Assembly (NCBI GenBank): GCA_963826525.1
Contig: CAWGXH010000004.1
Coordinates: forward strand, 1,312,001 to 1,376,000
Origin: an uncultured Methanomicrobiaceae archaeon
Lineage (GTDB): Archaea > Halobacteriota > Methanomicrobia > Methanomicrobiales > Methanoculleaceae
DNA length: 64,000 nt
Reading direction: 5' to 3'
A program made the translations under genes and the position numbers. This document shows, in pieces, positions 21,072 through 32,419 of the stretch. The notes beneath the pieces are model-generated. The model saw nothing but the letters and a program-made list of their open reading frames with translations. It had not been told where the DNA came from and searched no databases. Every line of letters begins with the position of its first letter. Position 1 is the stretch's first letter.

Positions 21072-22660
21072 CTTGTCTGGGTGGTTGTCTTATTCTTCCG
21101 GCACGCTCCGACGAACCCGAGGTACGGCGGCGATGGGTGTGTCGGGCTCGACTTGAACTCGGGGTGGAACTGGGTGGCGAGGAAGAAGGGATGATCCCGA
21201 ATCTCGCAGACCTCCATCCGGTTTCCACAGGTGCCCGAGAAGACGAGGCCTGCCTCTTCGATCCCCTCGATGAACTCGGGATTCACCTCATAGCGGTGGC
21301 GGTGCCGCTCCACGACCTCCCGCCTGCCGTAGAGGTCGAAGATCCTCGTTCCCTCTTTGAGGTTGACGGTGCAGTCGCCAAGGCGCATCGTGCCGCCGAG
21401 ATCGACCACATCCTCCTGCTCGGGGAGGATGGCGATGACATGGCTTCCCGGTCCCATCTCCTCGCTGGTGGCGTCCGGAATGCCGACGACGCTGCGGGTA
21501 TACTCGATCACCGCGAGCTGGAAACCGAGGCAGAGACCGAGGTACGGGATGTTGTTCTCACGCGCATAGCGGATCGCCTGGATCTTCCCCTCGATGCCTC
21601 GCTTGCCGAACCCCCCGGGGACGAGGATGCCGTCGACATCGGCGAGGTGTTTCCGATCGCAGGTCTCGGCATCGAGCCAGCGGATGTTCACCTCGGTCGA
21701 GAGCGCTCTCCCCGCGTGCTTGAGCGACTCCTTGATGGAGATGTAGACGTCCTCGATCCCGTATTTGCTGACGATGGCGACGGTGATGCGGTTCGTATAC
21801 TCCTGCGAGACGGTGTGGTACCACCCCGAGTCGGGTTCGCCGCGGTTCTCGAGGTTCAGGTACTCGATCAGAACATCCGCGAGCCCTTCTTTCTCAAGTT
21901 CCATCGGCACCTGGTAGATGTCGGGGACGTCCTTTGCACTGATGACCGCCCGTGCGGGAACATCGGTGAAGGCGGAGATCTTCTTCTTCGCCTGAGGCCC
22001 GATCACCTGTTCGCACCGCCCGACGATGATGTCGGGGTGGAGCCCGAGTTCCCGCAGCGCCTTGACCGAGTGCTGGGTGGGCTTGGTCTTGAGGTCTCCC
22101 ATCGTATCGACCGGGACGAGCGTGACGTGGATCAGCGCCATATCCTCTCGCGGAAGTTCGCCGTGCATCTGCCGGATGGCTTCGAGGAACGGCATGCTCT
22201 CGATATCGCCGACGGTGCCGCCTGCCTCGACGAGACAGATGTCCGCCGTCTTATCAGGCTCGAGTTCCTCGTGCGCCGCCTGGCTGATGCAGTGCTTGAT
22301 CTCGTCGGTGATGTGCGGGATGATCTGGACGGTCGCTCCGAGGTAGTCACCGCGCCGCTCTTTCTCGATGACGTTCCGGTAGACCTTTCCCGTCGTGATG
22401 TTGTGGATCGATTTGAGATTGATATCCAGGAATCGTTCGTAGTTGCCGAGGTCGAGGTCGACCTCGCCTCCGTCGCTGAGCACGAAGACCTCTCCGTGCT
22501 GGGCGGGGTTCATGGTGCCGGCATCGATATTGAGATAGGGGTCGATCTTCACCGCGGTTACCCGATACCCGCGGTTCTTGAGCAACCGGCCGACCGATGC
22601 GGTGGTGATGCCCTTACCAAGGCCGCTCATTACGCCGCCAGTAACCACAATGTACTTCAA
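21068..22660 (-). CDS. pyrG: CTP synthase
   Basis: [39 protein letters not shown]. Confidence 0.97.
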   Translation of the reverse strand: MKYIVVTGGVMSGLGKGITTASVGRLLKNRGYRVTAVKIDPYLNIDAGTMNPAQHGEVFVLSDGGEVDLDLGNYERFLDINLKSIHNITTGKVYRNVIEKERRGDYLGATVQIIPHITDEIKHCISQAAHEELEPDKTADICLVEAGGTVGDIESMPFLEAIRQMHGELPREDMALIHVTLVPVDTMGDLKTKPTQHSVKALRELGLHPDIIVGRCEQVIGPQAKKKISAFTDVPARAVISAKDVPDIYQVPMELEKEGLADVLIEYLNLENRGEPDSGWYHTVSQEYTNRITVAIVSKYGIEDVYISIKESLKHAGRALSTEVNIRWLDAETCDRKHLADVDGILVPGGFGKRGIEGKIQAIRYARENNIPYLGLCLGFQLAVIEYTRSVVGIPDATSEEMGPGSHVIAILPEQEDVVDLGGTMRLGDCTVNLKEGTRIFDLYGRREVVERHRHRYEVNPEFIEGIEEAGLVFSGTCGNRMEVCEIRDHPFFLATQFHPEFKSSPTHPSPPYLGFVGACRKNKTTTQTR

Positions 22661-22803
22661 AATGTCCTACTCCTGCAAGTCTGGATCGCTACACGCTTCA
22701 GCTCAAGTACGTATACGCGCGGTATAGACAAAGGTATTGCCCTTGAAATGGCGGGGGTGCGCCCCGTGCCCCCTCCTCCTCTTTCCGGAGCACCCATTCC
22801 GGT

Positions 22804-23211
22804 TTATACTTTCACGACGGCGAACGACGCGGTTGTCCGTGAGAGCAGTGTCCCGTCCGTGCTTGTGATCTCGCTCTCGGTGAAGGCGACCCGGCGCCCT
22901 TTCCTGACGACCCGGGCGGCTGCGGTGATGGTGCCGCCGGCAACCCCCCGGAAGAAGCTCGTGTTCTCCGATATGGTGGCGATCCCCTCGCCCTCCTCGA
23001 GGACGGTGTAGAGGGCGAGCGCCATCGCTTCGTCGGCGAGGGCGACGAAGACCCCGCCCTGCAGCCAGCCGGCGCCGTTCATCATGTCGGGCCGGACAGT
23101 CATCGAGAGCTCTGCGGCGCCGTCTCCATACGTCCCGACCTCGATCTCCATCAGCCGGAAGAAGGGGTTTGCGTCTCTTCCCTGCGCGGCGAGTGCATCA
23201 AGATACTCCAT
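22804..23211 (-). CDS. PaaI-family hotdog thioesterase
   Basis: NGAGWLQGGVFVALADEAM, VRKGRRVAF. Confidence 0.88.
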   Translation of the reverse strand: MEYLDALAAQGRDANPFFRLMEIEVGTYGDGAAELSMTVRPDMMNGAGWLQGGVFVALADEAMALALYTVLEEGEGIATISENTSFFRGVAGGTITAAARVVRKGRRVAFTESEITSTDGTLLSRTTASFAVVKV

Positions 23212-23317
23212 AGGTCACCTCTCCTCCCGAAGCGTTTGCGATCTCGCTGAATAAGCGTTGCTATTGGCCTTGCGGAGGATCGAAACGGTGATGTGGCGCC
23301 TCTTCCTTTCATCCTGT

Positions 23318-23549
23318 ATGGAACAGGATGAGACCCGAGAAATGCTCCGCGATCTTGTCTGGCTCAACGCCGTGATCGCCACGGAGCTGATCCAGATAAC
23401 CGAGAATACGTCGTCGATTCTGCGAAAAGAGCCGCCGCCGGAGACCTGCCTCGAAGAGCATGCGGCGCTCCGGGCGACGGCGCTTGCGATGGCGGAGAAG
23501 GTACCGGCCAGGAACGGCGCTCCGTCAGCACATCGAGAAGCATCAGTGA
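23318..23549 (+). CDS. Small hypothetical protein (probable +1 frameshift near 23500)
   Basis: MEQDETREMLRDLVWLNAVIATELIQITEN...; removing one G gives ...KYRPGTALRQHIEKHQ-stop. Confidence 0.55.
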
Positions 23550-23582
23550 GCGTCCCATTCCGGCGGTGAGAGAGGAGCGGGG

Positions 23583-25889
23583 TTACACCCGATCCCCGTC
23601 TCCGGATTCTTCCGTCCTGTTCGGCATCTCCGTTTCGTCGGCGTCATATTCACTGTCGGTGTTTCGTTCACGACCGGCGTCTCCGTTATCGTCGGCGTCG
23701 TCACATTCACTGTCGGTGTTTCGTTCACGACTGGCGTCTCTGTTGCCGTCGGCGTCATCATTCATCGTCGGTGTTTCATTCACTGACCGGCGTCTCCGTT
23801 GCCGTCGGCGTCTCGTTCACCGTCGGGGGCGGCGCGGGGACCAGCCCGGCATCGATCGTCAGGTTCTCCTCTCCCGGCCGCAAGGGAGATCGCTCCCGTC
23901 CGCCCGGTAGTCGGGGTTCGGGATCGCTGTCCCGGCGCATCGTCGGCACCCTGATTCTGAGTCGTAAACGTAAACGATTCCGGGGGCAGGAACTCGACCG
24001 AGTAGATGCCTGCGGAGAGGTTGGTGAAGCGGTACAGCCCGCGCTCGTCCGTCGAAGCATTGTTCACCGTCGTGCCGTTCGCATAGAGCAGGCGAAGAGT
24101 GAATATTGGCAATGCCGGGCTCCGCGGAATCCTGGATGCCGTCGGCGTTGGTATCGTTCCAGACGAGGCCACCGATGGTCCCGTTCACATCCCCGTCTCG
24201 TTCGGGATAAGTCCGGCGTCCCAGGTTCCTGATTCTCTCCCGACCGGAGGGTGATATTCTCCGTTCTGCCGGTCGTCAGGTTGGCATCGCTGTCGACAGA
24301 GTCGTTCGTGCCCTGGTTTTCGAGGGTGAAGGCGTACGCGGCCGGGGGCGTGAACTGCACGGAGTAGGTTCCTTCTGTGAGGTTCCCGAACCGGTACATC
24401 CCGTCCGCATCGGTCGCGGTCGTCCCGACCGGTTTCATCTCCCGATTAAGGAGTTGTACCAGGATATCGGGCACACCCGGCTCTCCGCTATCCCGGGTGC
24501 CGTTCCGGTTCGTGTCGTTCCAGACAATGCCACCGATGGAGCCGTTCTTCACAACCTGCGTCGGTGTAGGGGTGAGGGTGGGCGTCGCCGCTGTCGGCCC
24601 CGGTGTCGGGCACGACGGCGGGCAGAACGGCTTCGGGGGTTTCGGGGGCTTTGGCGTCGGCGCCGGTGGCGTCACCGTTGCTTTGAGTTTCACCACCCAG
24701 GCATCGGTCTCTGCCGCCGCCTCTTGTCCTGTGGTGAAGACGCCGGCAAAGACATACTCGTTTTCTGCCGTCTCGAGAACCGCCTTCGCGCGGTCGGCCA
24801 GGGCGCCGCCATAGGTCGCATTCCAGATCTCGGATCCGTTCCCGTCGAGTTTGACGATCCAGGCGTCGGTATTCTCATTCCCCACGCCGCCCGCTCACCG
24901 GCAAAGAGCGAGCCTCCGTCGTTGGTCAGGATGAGGGCATACGCCGATGCGTTATCCGCGGGACTTCCGTAGGTGGCGTTCCAGACTACCTCTCCGTCAC
25001 CGGTGAGCCGGACGACGAGCGCATCGGTATCGGTGCGGTTCTGGCCGTCCCGGGACGTATACGTCCCTGCAAAGAGGAGGCTGCCGTCGGGAGCGGCGAC
25101 GAGCGATCGTGCGGTGTCGTTGTCAGGGCCGCCGCAGGTCCGGTTCCAGACCTCGGATCCGTTCCCGTCGAGTCTGACGATCCAGGCATCGGTTCCTCCC
25201 GCGCTCCCGGAGTCGGTCGAGCCTGCGAGGCCGTAGCCTCCGTCCGGCAGGGCGGCGATCGCGTACGCGGTCTCATTTCCCCCGGGCGCCCCGTAGGTCA
25301 TGTTCCACTCTTCGCCACCGGACTCGTTCACCTTCACTACCAGGGCGTCGGTGCGCCCCGTCCCGTAAGGCTCCACCGAGCCTGCGAGGAGATACCCGCC
25401 TTCCTTCGCCCTGGTCGCGGCGTTCGCCGTCGCGTTGACCGCAGCGCCGCCGTACTTCTCGTTCCAGACCTCCGCGCCGGAACCGTCGATCATGACCGCC
25501 CAGGCATCGGTATCCCTCCTGGTATTGTCGGTGATGAAGGTGTAGGTGCCGGCAAAGAGCGTCCGGTTCTCCGTGACCGGGACGAGAGCACGGGCGGTAT
25601 CGTTCTCACCCCTACCGTAGGTCATGTTCCCGACTTCGTCGCCGTCCCCGGTGAGGGCGACGACCCAGGCGTCCGTTCCTCCTGCCCCGTAGGATCCGGT
25701 CTTCCCGGCGAAGAGGTATCCGGAACCGTTCGGGGGTTCGATGATCGCGTATGCCGAGTCATTTCCCCCGGTTCCGCCGTAGGTCATATTCCAGACGACC
25801 GAAAGGTCGACTGCCGCCGTGGCGGTGATCGGAAGACAGATGCAGAGCATGAGAACTGTCAGGTAGGTACATCTTCGATTCCATTCCAT
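23583..25889 (-). CDS. Secreted surface glycoprotein: beta-propeller-like repeats + 2 SdrD-B-like domains + Thr/Pro tail (several frameshifts)
   Basis: Signal peptide; repeats of DAWVV.L...G.EVWN.TYG; GSIGGIVWNDTN..G..DSGEPG domain twice; spread over ORFs 24690.., 24064.., 23859.., 23780.. and 23543.. Confidence 0.75.
23636..23826 (-). repeat. ~54-57 nt coding tandem repeat (TPTATETPVVNETPTVNVT-like)
   Basis: cgtcggcgtc...tcggtgtttc.ttcac..c.ggcgtctc.gtt recurs at ~23636, 23690 and 23748, with a partial copy at ~23803. Confidence 0.85.
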
Positions 25890-26321
25890 AGGATACACCT
25901 CCGGGTGTACGAGCCCGGAAGAGCATGGTCACCATTCGGCCACCGGCCGGTCGTGTCCATCGGAAAACCGGGGGGCAGGAGGGTACGGAAGAGCTCTCCG
26001 GCGGACTCAGCAGCCCATCATCAGATTATTATAATAATGTTTTTATGTCTCGGGAGTTCTCCCCGTTTCGGCGGATCTGCCTCCGGGAGGACTACCCCGG
26101 AAGAGCCGGTACTCACGGTCGTCCTTGTGCGTATCCGGGCATTCCCGGCATCGGACAAACACTCTTATTGGCAGACCGTGATCAGTACATACGAATGCTG
26201 CTCTCCGCCATCACCCCGATACCGGGAGATCACGGTCTGCCGGAGTACCGGCCGTTGCCAGCAGGCACACTATCACCGGGGGCAGCAGTAGAATATGCCG
26301 AAAATATCGTAGCGAAGTCGA

Positions 26322-27036
26322 ATGGTGAACAAATCACAGCCGGTGCGGGTGGATCAGCGGGATTGCACGCTGGTAGTCCCCGCCTATAACGAGGAGGCGC
26401 GGATACAGAGCCTCCTCTCCGACGTCTCGTCTTTTGCGGGAGAGCTGATCTTCGTCTGCGACGGGACGGACTCGACCGCGAATATCATCCGTGCGTTTGC
26501 AGACGAGCGGCCCGAGCTTCGCATCCGCTGTCTTGTCTTCAACCACCGCCTCGGAAAAGGTGGGGGGGTGTTTGCCGGGATGAAGGCTTCCGAGGGCAGT
26601 CTACGTCGGGTATATGGATGCCGACGGGTCGACGGCACTCGATCAGATGACCGTCCTCTTCGACCGCCTCGGGCAGGCTGACGGAGCGATCGGTTCCCGG
26701 TGGGTTCCGGGCGCGGTCCTTGTAGTAAAGCAGAATCTCGTGCGGCGGGTGCAGAGCCGGCTTTTCAACCTTACCGTGAAGGTGCTCTTCGGGCTCGAGT
26801 ATCGCGATACCCAGTGCGGCGCTAAGGTCTTTCGGAGAGAAGCACTTGAGGCGGTCTATCCCGATCTCCGGGCAACGGGATTTGAGTTCGACGTCGAACT
26901 GCTCTGGCGGCTGCGGCAGAAGGGGTTTGCCGTCGAAGAGGTCTCGATAGTCTGGGAGAATAAGGACGCATCGAAGGTCGGGGGATCCGACGTGTTCGGG
27001 ATGCTCACCGGGATGCTGCGTCTCCGGCTCGGATAG
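26322..27036 (+). CDS. GT2 glycosyltransferase, dolichyl-phosphate hexosyltransferase-like (frameshift near 26600)
   Basis: VVPAYNEE, GKGG, MDADGS, DTQCGAK, FEFDVELL split over two ORFs. Confidence 0.85.
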
Positions 27037-27162
27037 TAGTTGGTCAGGTCTATAAACCGGATGTTGCTATATAAAAAATCTGCCTGATCGCTCGCTGTTT
27101 CTCAAAATACTCTCGCTTTCGGAGTATATCTCTTTGTCGCTCCGGAACCGGAGAGGGGGCGT

Positions 27163-27309
27163 TCACCCCTTCAGGTACATCTCCGGGTTCTTCTCGAAGA
27201 GCTTCTTACAACCCGGGGCGCAGAAGTAGTACTTCTTCCCCTGATACTCGGACGTGAACTTTGCGGACGCTTCATCGACGTCCATCTTGCATACCGGATC
27301 GACTGCCAT
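27163..27309 (-). CDS. YHS/TRASH domain protein (48 aa, below the ORF-track cutoff)
   Basis: My translation: MAVDPVCKMDVDEASAKFTSEYQGKKYYFCAPGCKKLFEKNPEMYLKG; directly downstream of copA. Confidence 0.92.
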   Translation of the reverse strand: MAVDPVCKMDVDEASAKFTSEYQGKKYYFCAPGCKKLFEKNPEMYLKG

Positions 27310-27316
27310 GATTCAC

Positions 27317-29769
27317 TCACCCTCCGCGTGACAAGACTCCCTTCTTCGCCGGGGGTATATATGCTTTGAGCAGCAGCGAGAGCGAGACCACGGTGACGGA
27401 GCTCAGGGCCATCGCAAGCGCCGCGAGCTCCGGCCGGAAGGTGATCCCGAAGAACGGGTAGAGAACACCTGCGGCGACCGGGATTAAGAGGGCGTTGTAG
27501 GCGAACGCCCAGAAGATATTCTGCTTGATCCGGCCCATCACCTTCCGTGAGAGCTGGACTGCGGCCACGGCGTCCGTAAGGTCGTCCTTGATCAGCACGA
27601 TATCGCCGCTCTCGATCGCAACGTCCGTGCCGCTCCCGATGGCGATCCCGACATCCGCCCGGGCGAGCGCGGGCGCATCGTTGATCCCGTCCCCGACGAA
27701 CGCCACGCTCTCTCCCTGCTCCTGGAGCCTCTTCACCTCACGTGCCTTCTCCTCCGGCAGCACGTCGGCGAGCACCGTGTCGATGCCGATCTGCCGGGCG
27801 ATGGCGTCTGCCGTTCGGGCATTGTCGCCGGTTATCATCATCACGGAGAGCCCCATCCGTTTGAGAGCCGCGACGGCAGGCCCGGTCGTCGGCTTGAGGG
27901 TATCGGCGATCCCGATGATGCCCGCAAACTTCCCGTCCCCGGCGACGAGGACGGCCGTCTTCCCCTCGTCCTGCAGGCGGCCGATCGCCTCGGTGCTCGA
28001 CGGTGCGAGGGAGACGCCCCGCTCTTCCAGAAATGCGGGATTCCCGATGAGCACCTCCGTCCCGTCCACGGTGGCACTGACGCCCCGCCCGCCGAAGGTG
28101 GTAAATCCCATCGTTTCACGGAGGGGGGTTCCGGCCGCCTCGGCCCTTCTGACGATAGCTTCGGCGAGGGGATGCTGCGAGTTCCTCTCGACGCTCGCGG
28201 CAAGGGCGATGAGCCTCTCTTCATCCATACCGACCGCGATAACGTCGGTGACATCGGGTTTTCCCCGGGTGAGCGTTCCGGTCTTGTCAAAGACGATCGT
28301 CGTTAAGTGTTCGGAGACCTCGAGCGCCTCGCCGTTTCGGATCAGCACGCCGAGCTCCGCCCCCCTGCCGATCCCGACGGTGACGGCCGTTGGGGTTGCA
28401 AGGCCGAGAGCACAGGGGCAGGCGACGACGAGGATGGAGATGAGCACGGTGAGGGAGAAGAGGAGCGTGGCGCCGAGGGCAATGTACCAGACGACGAACG
28501 CGGCGATCGCGATCGAGAGCACGACCGGGATGAAGTAGCTCACCGCTGTATCGGCAATACGCTGAACCGGCGGCTTTGATCCCTGAGCATCCTTCACCAG
28601 CCTGATGATCTGTGAGAGCGCCGTATCACGGCCGATCCGTGTCGCCCGGATCCGGAGCATCCCGTTCGTGTTCAGCGTTCCGCCGACCGCTTCGTCGCCG
28701 GGCTGCTTGTAGACGGGGATTGACTCGCCTGTGATCATCGACTCGTCCACCGCGCTCTCGCCGCCCACGACCTGCCCGTCGACCGGCACCTTCTCGCCGG
28801 GTCTGACCATGAGGACGTCGCCGACCTGCACATCGTCTATCGCCACTTCCTCCTCCTTGCCGTCCCTGATCACCGTGGCGGTCTTTGGTTGCAGGCCGAC
28901 CAGTTTTTTGATAGCCTCCGACGTCCTCCCTTTCGCCCGCGCTTCCAGGTAGCGGCCGAGGGTGAGGAACGAGGCGAGCATCACCGCGGTAGCGTAGAAG
29001 TTGAACGCCGGCGTCAGGACGAGGCCGAACGTGCCGAGGATGCTCGCGCCGTACGCGACACCGATACCCATCGAGTACATCACATCCATATTCAGCGTCC
29101 GGTGCCGCAGCGCCCCGAGTGCGGCGTGGAAGATCGGGTAACTGACGTAGACGAAGACCGGGGCGGTGATGACGAGCATGATGAGGTTGATCGAGACCGG
29201 GAGCTCGACGAGCGCCGGAAGCCCGAGGAGCATCACGAAGAAGAGGGGTATGCTCACGGCAAACCCGACGGAGAACCGGAGTAGTTTGTCGCGGAGATCC
29301 TTATCCCGTGCACGCTCCTCTTCGTCTTCGGCGACCTCTCCCTCGACGCCGAGGTACTGGTACCCGCGTCCTCGATGGCCGCTTTCATATCGGCGACGGA
29401 GACGGTGGCCGGGGTATAGGTGACGTGCGCGTTCTCCGTCGCGAGGTTCACCCGGACATCGAGGACGCCGTCGAGGTCGCGCAGGGCGGCTTCGATCACC
29501 TGGACGCAACTCGCACAGACCATGCCGCCAATCTTCAGCGTTATCCTGCTCGTAACGACCCCGTATCCGGCTTCATCCACCGTGCGTTCGAGCTCGGCGA
29601 GGTTCGTCTTTTCCGGGTCGTACTCGACGGTTGCGGTCTCCTCTGCAAAGTTCACCCGGGCATCGTAGACATCATCGCGATCCTTGAGCGCTTTTTCGAC
29701 GTTGAGAGCGCAGGATGCGCAGTGCATTCCGGATATCTTGAGATCCGCTCGTTTCCGCTCCTCCGGCAT
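27317..29769 (-). CDS. copA: Cu(I)-translocating P1B ATPase (frameshift near 29363)
   Basis: Two HMA domains (GMHCASC, GMVCASC), [22 protein letters not shown] and MALSS. Confidence 0.92.
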
Positions 29770-29937
29770 ATGTACATCTCCTTGTCCCCCGTTCTCATAT
29801 AGGTGCATCCCTCATGCCGCCGCTGCGCGATCTGCCGCGGCATCCTCTTTTCTGTGGAAATACCATTCCGTTATTTTTATAGAAAAGATTATTATATTGT
29901 TCGTCCGCTAGGGGGGACCGTTGCGGAGGCGATACCG

Positions 29938-30861
29938 ATGCAGAGACGAGATGTGGTTACTGAGGAGAAGCAGGAGAGAGGACGATATGACGTTGATCTG
30001 CTGCGATCGGAGGGTGACGTAGACGGTCTGACCGATGCGCTGGACAGTCCCGATGCGCTGATCCGTCAGCGCGCCGCCCAGGCGCTCGGCATCCTCGGGG
30101 ATCCGGCGGCCGTCGATCCCCTCATCGGGGTGCTCGGCGATCCGGTGGTGGGTGTGCGGGAGGCTGCCGCCGATTCACTCGTGATGGTGGGGAACCTGGC
30201 GGTCGAACCGCTGATACAGGTGCTCGAAGGGTCCTGGTGGGCCGAGAGGTACGAATGGGCCGGTGAAGCCCGGGAGGGTATGGCGCAGCACGATATGCTC
30301 GGCGGTCCTGCCGACGTGGAGCCGGAAGACAAAGAATCCCTCCGCCGTGAGTCGCTGCCCCAGCACGATATGTATGCAGGGCCCGGGGATATCGGCCCGA
30401 AGAAGGGTCTTCGGAAGGGGGATATGACCCAGCAGGATCTCCTCGGCGGGCCTGCCGATGTGGATCAGAAGGCGAAGGCGGAGTTCCGGCGTGAGCCGCT
30501 CCCGCAGCACCAGATGTACGGCGGGCCTACCGATGTCGGCAGCAGGAAGTCTCTCCGGCACGGCGATCTGGCGCAGCACGATCTCCTCGGCGGCCCCGAG
30601 GACGTGCGGGGGCATGAGGCGCTTCATACGCGGGAGACCCTCCGGGGCGAAGGGCCTCCCGGCACCTGGGATGTCCGGACCCGGCGCATCCATGCGGCGG
30701 CAATCCTCGGTGAGATCGGGGATACCCGTGCACTCGACGCTCTCCGGCAACTGACGCAGAACGCGGACAGCGAGGTTCGGAGCGTTGCGGAGGATGCGAT
30801 CGGCAAGATCCAGGCGAGATCGGGTGCGATGCAGACGCCGCCACCGCCCACGTCCCGCTGA
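29938..30861 (+). CDS. HEAT/PBS-lyase repeat protein with an internal repeat insert
   Basis: IRQRAAQALGILGDPAAVDPLI and AAAILGEIGDTRALDAL flank five QH(D)M/L..GP.D repeats. Confidence 0.8.
   Translation: MQRRDVVTEEKQERGRYDVDLLRSEGDVDGLTDALDSPDALIRQRAAQALGILGDPAAVDPLIGVLGDPVVGVREAAADSLVMVGNLAVEPLIQVLEGSWWAERYEWAGEAREGMAQHDMLGGPADVEPEDKESLRRESLPQHDMYAGPGDIGPKKGLRKGDMTQQDLLGGPADVDQKAKAEFRREPLPQHQMYGGPTDVGSRKSLRHGDLAQHDLLGGPEDVRGHEALHTRETLRGEGPPGTWDVRTRRIHAAAILGEIGDTRALDALRQLTQNADSEVRSVAEDAIGKIQARSGAMQTPPPPTSR
30286..30606 (+). repeat. Five in-frame motif repeats with alternating 75/69 nt spacing (144 nt higher-order unit)
   Basis: cagca(c/g)... starts at 30286, 30361, 30430, 30505 and 30574. 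Confidence 0.9.
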
Positions 30862-30888
30862 ACCCGACAACCTTTCTTCTTTTTTCCG

Positions 30889-32136
30889 TTACCTGCGGCG
30901 GATGCGCACCGACTCTGCGTGAGCGGCGAGCCCCTCGGCGTCGGCGATCGTCTCGACGAGATCACCTATCGCCTCGAGGCCTTCCCGGGAGATTACCTGC
31001 ACCGACGAGGTCGTGCAGAAGTGGCGGACGTCGAGCCCCGAGTACTGGCGGGCGTAGCCTGCCGTCGGGAGGACGTGGTTCGTCCCTGAGGCGTAGTCTC
31101 CGCAGGCAACCGCTGCGTAGGGGCCTACGAAGATGGAGCCGGCGTGCCGGATGCGTGAGAGGACGGCGAGCGGGTCGGCCACCTGGATGGAGAGGTGTTC
31201 GGGTGCGATGCCGCTCGCTGCCTCGATTGCTTCGTCGAGGTCGTCGACGACCACGAACCCGGAGTTTTCGAGCGCCCGGCCGATGATCTCGCTCCGCTCC
31301 GCTGCTCCCGCCATCCGCTCGACGGCGTGCCCGACGGCCTTTGCAAGCGCGGCATCGGTGGTGATGAGGACGCAGGCCGCCCGGGGATCGTGCTCCGCCT
31401 GCGCCAGGATATCGGCGGCGATGAACTCGGGGTTTGCCGTGCCGTCAGCGACGACTGCGATCTCGCTCGGGCCTGCCGGGAAGTCGATCTCGGCCTCCTC
31501 CCGGAGGAGCATCTTCGCCGCGGTCACGTAGACGTTCCCGGGCCCGACAATCTTCTCGACCTTCGGGATGGTCTCGGTGCCGAGCGCCATCGCTGCGATC
31601 GCCTGCGCCCCGCCGACACGGTAGATCTCATCGACCCCCGCGATGTCGAGCGCCACCAGAGTGATGGGGTTTACGGGCGGCGGCGTGCAGCAGCAGATCT
31701 CGGAGACGCCCGCAACCCGGGCGGGCACGGTGCACATCAGGGCGGTCGAGGGGTAGGCCGCTCTCCCACCGGGGACGTAGGCGCCGATCCGCCGGAGCGG
31801 CGAGACCTTCTGGCCGAGGATGATCCCGGGCTCGATCTCCCGCAGCCAGAGATCCTCCGGCCGCTGCATCTCGTGAAACTCCGTTATCCGCGCCTCCGCC
31901 TCGATCAGGCTCTCGACGAGCTGCGTGTCGACCTTCTCGTAGGCCTCCTCCCGCTCCTCGTCGGTGACCGCGATCTCCGCAAGGTCGATGCCGTCGAACT
32001 TCTTCGTAAGGTCGTAGAGTGCCGCGTCTCCCTCCGCCCGAACTCTCCCGATGATCTCGGAGGCCGGTCCCTTCGCGGCGTCGAGGCTCGAGCGCCGCCC
32101 GGCAATCCACGTATCGATATCCAGCGCCTTCCACAT
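30889..32136 (-). CDS. hisD: Histidinol dehydrogenase
   Basis: YVPGG, GPGNVYV, AGPSE, AQAEHD, PEHL, GDYASGTNHVLPT. Confidence 0.96.
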   Translation of the reverse strand: MWKALDIDTWIAGRRSSLDAAKGPASEIIGRVRAEGDAALYDLTKKFDGIDLAEIAVTDEEREEAYEKVDTQLVESLIEAEARITEFHEMQRPEDLWLREIEPGIILGQKVSPLRRIGAYVPGGRAAYPSTALMCTVPARVAGVSEICCCTPPPVNPITLVALDIAGVDEIYRVGGAQAIAAMALGTETIPKVEKIVGPGNVYVTAAKMLLREEAEIDFPAGPSEIAVVADGTANPEFIAADILAQAEHDPRAACVLITTDAALAKAVGHAVERMAGAAERSEIIGRALENSGFVVVDDLDEAIEAASGIAPEHLSIQVADPLAVLSRIRHAGSIFVGPYAAVACGDYASGTNHVLPTAGYARQYSGLDVRHFCTTSSVQVISREGLEAIGDLVETIADAEGLAAHAESVRIRRR

Positions 32137-32334
32137 GGCAGAGATGGTTATCGAGCCGTGGTTATTACGGTTTCGATAGAGCGGTATGCCGGGAGTCTGT
32201 GCGGTCTTGGGTATCCCATCGTCCCCGGACGAGCCCGGCGGGCGCATCGGCGGTACCGACCTGCGGATCGAGAGCCTTCACTCCCGGTACGCCTTGTGAT
32301 CGATACATGTCGAAAAGAGGCGAATTGTCGATTG

Positions 32335-32354
32335 GTTAACCCGATGTCTTTTAC
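32335..32354. promoter_or_regulatory. Candidate operator GTTAA-N10-TTTAC upstream of tupA copy 1
   Basis: Matches the dyad at 41610, 37486 and 54394. Confidence 0.45.
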
Positions 32355-32419
32355 TCCGTCGGTATTCAGTGATTAATATAATAATATTTTTATATTATTA
32401 CCCGGTAGTGCCTGACCCT

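Noticed and set aside
21059-23011. 650 aa plus-strand ORF, and similar long ORFs such as 45269..46759, 49761..51053 and 59573..60805
   Set aside because: Antisense shadows of well-supported genes, expected in GC-rich DNA; no motifs
23636-23826. Tandem repeat as a possible CRISPR array
   Set aside because: No unique spacers, encodes a T/P-rich protein tail, no cas genes
30286-30606. GG-containing repeats as a multi-core RiPP precursor
   Set aside because: Embedded in a HEAT protein with no modifying enzyme, peptidase or exporter nearby
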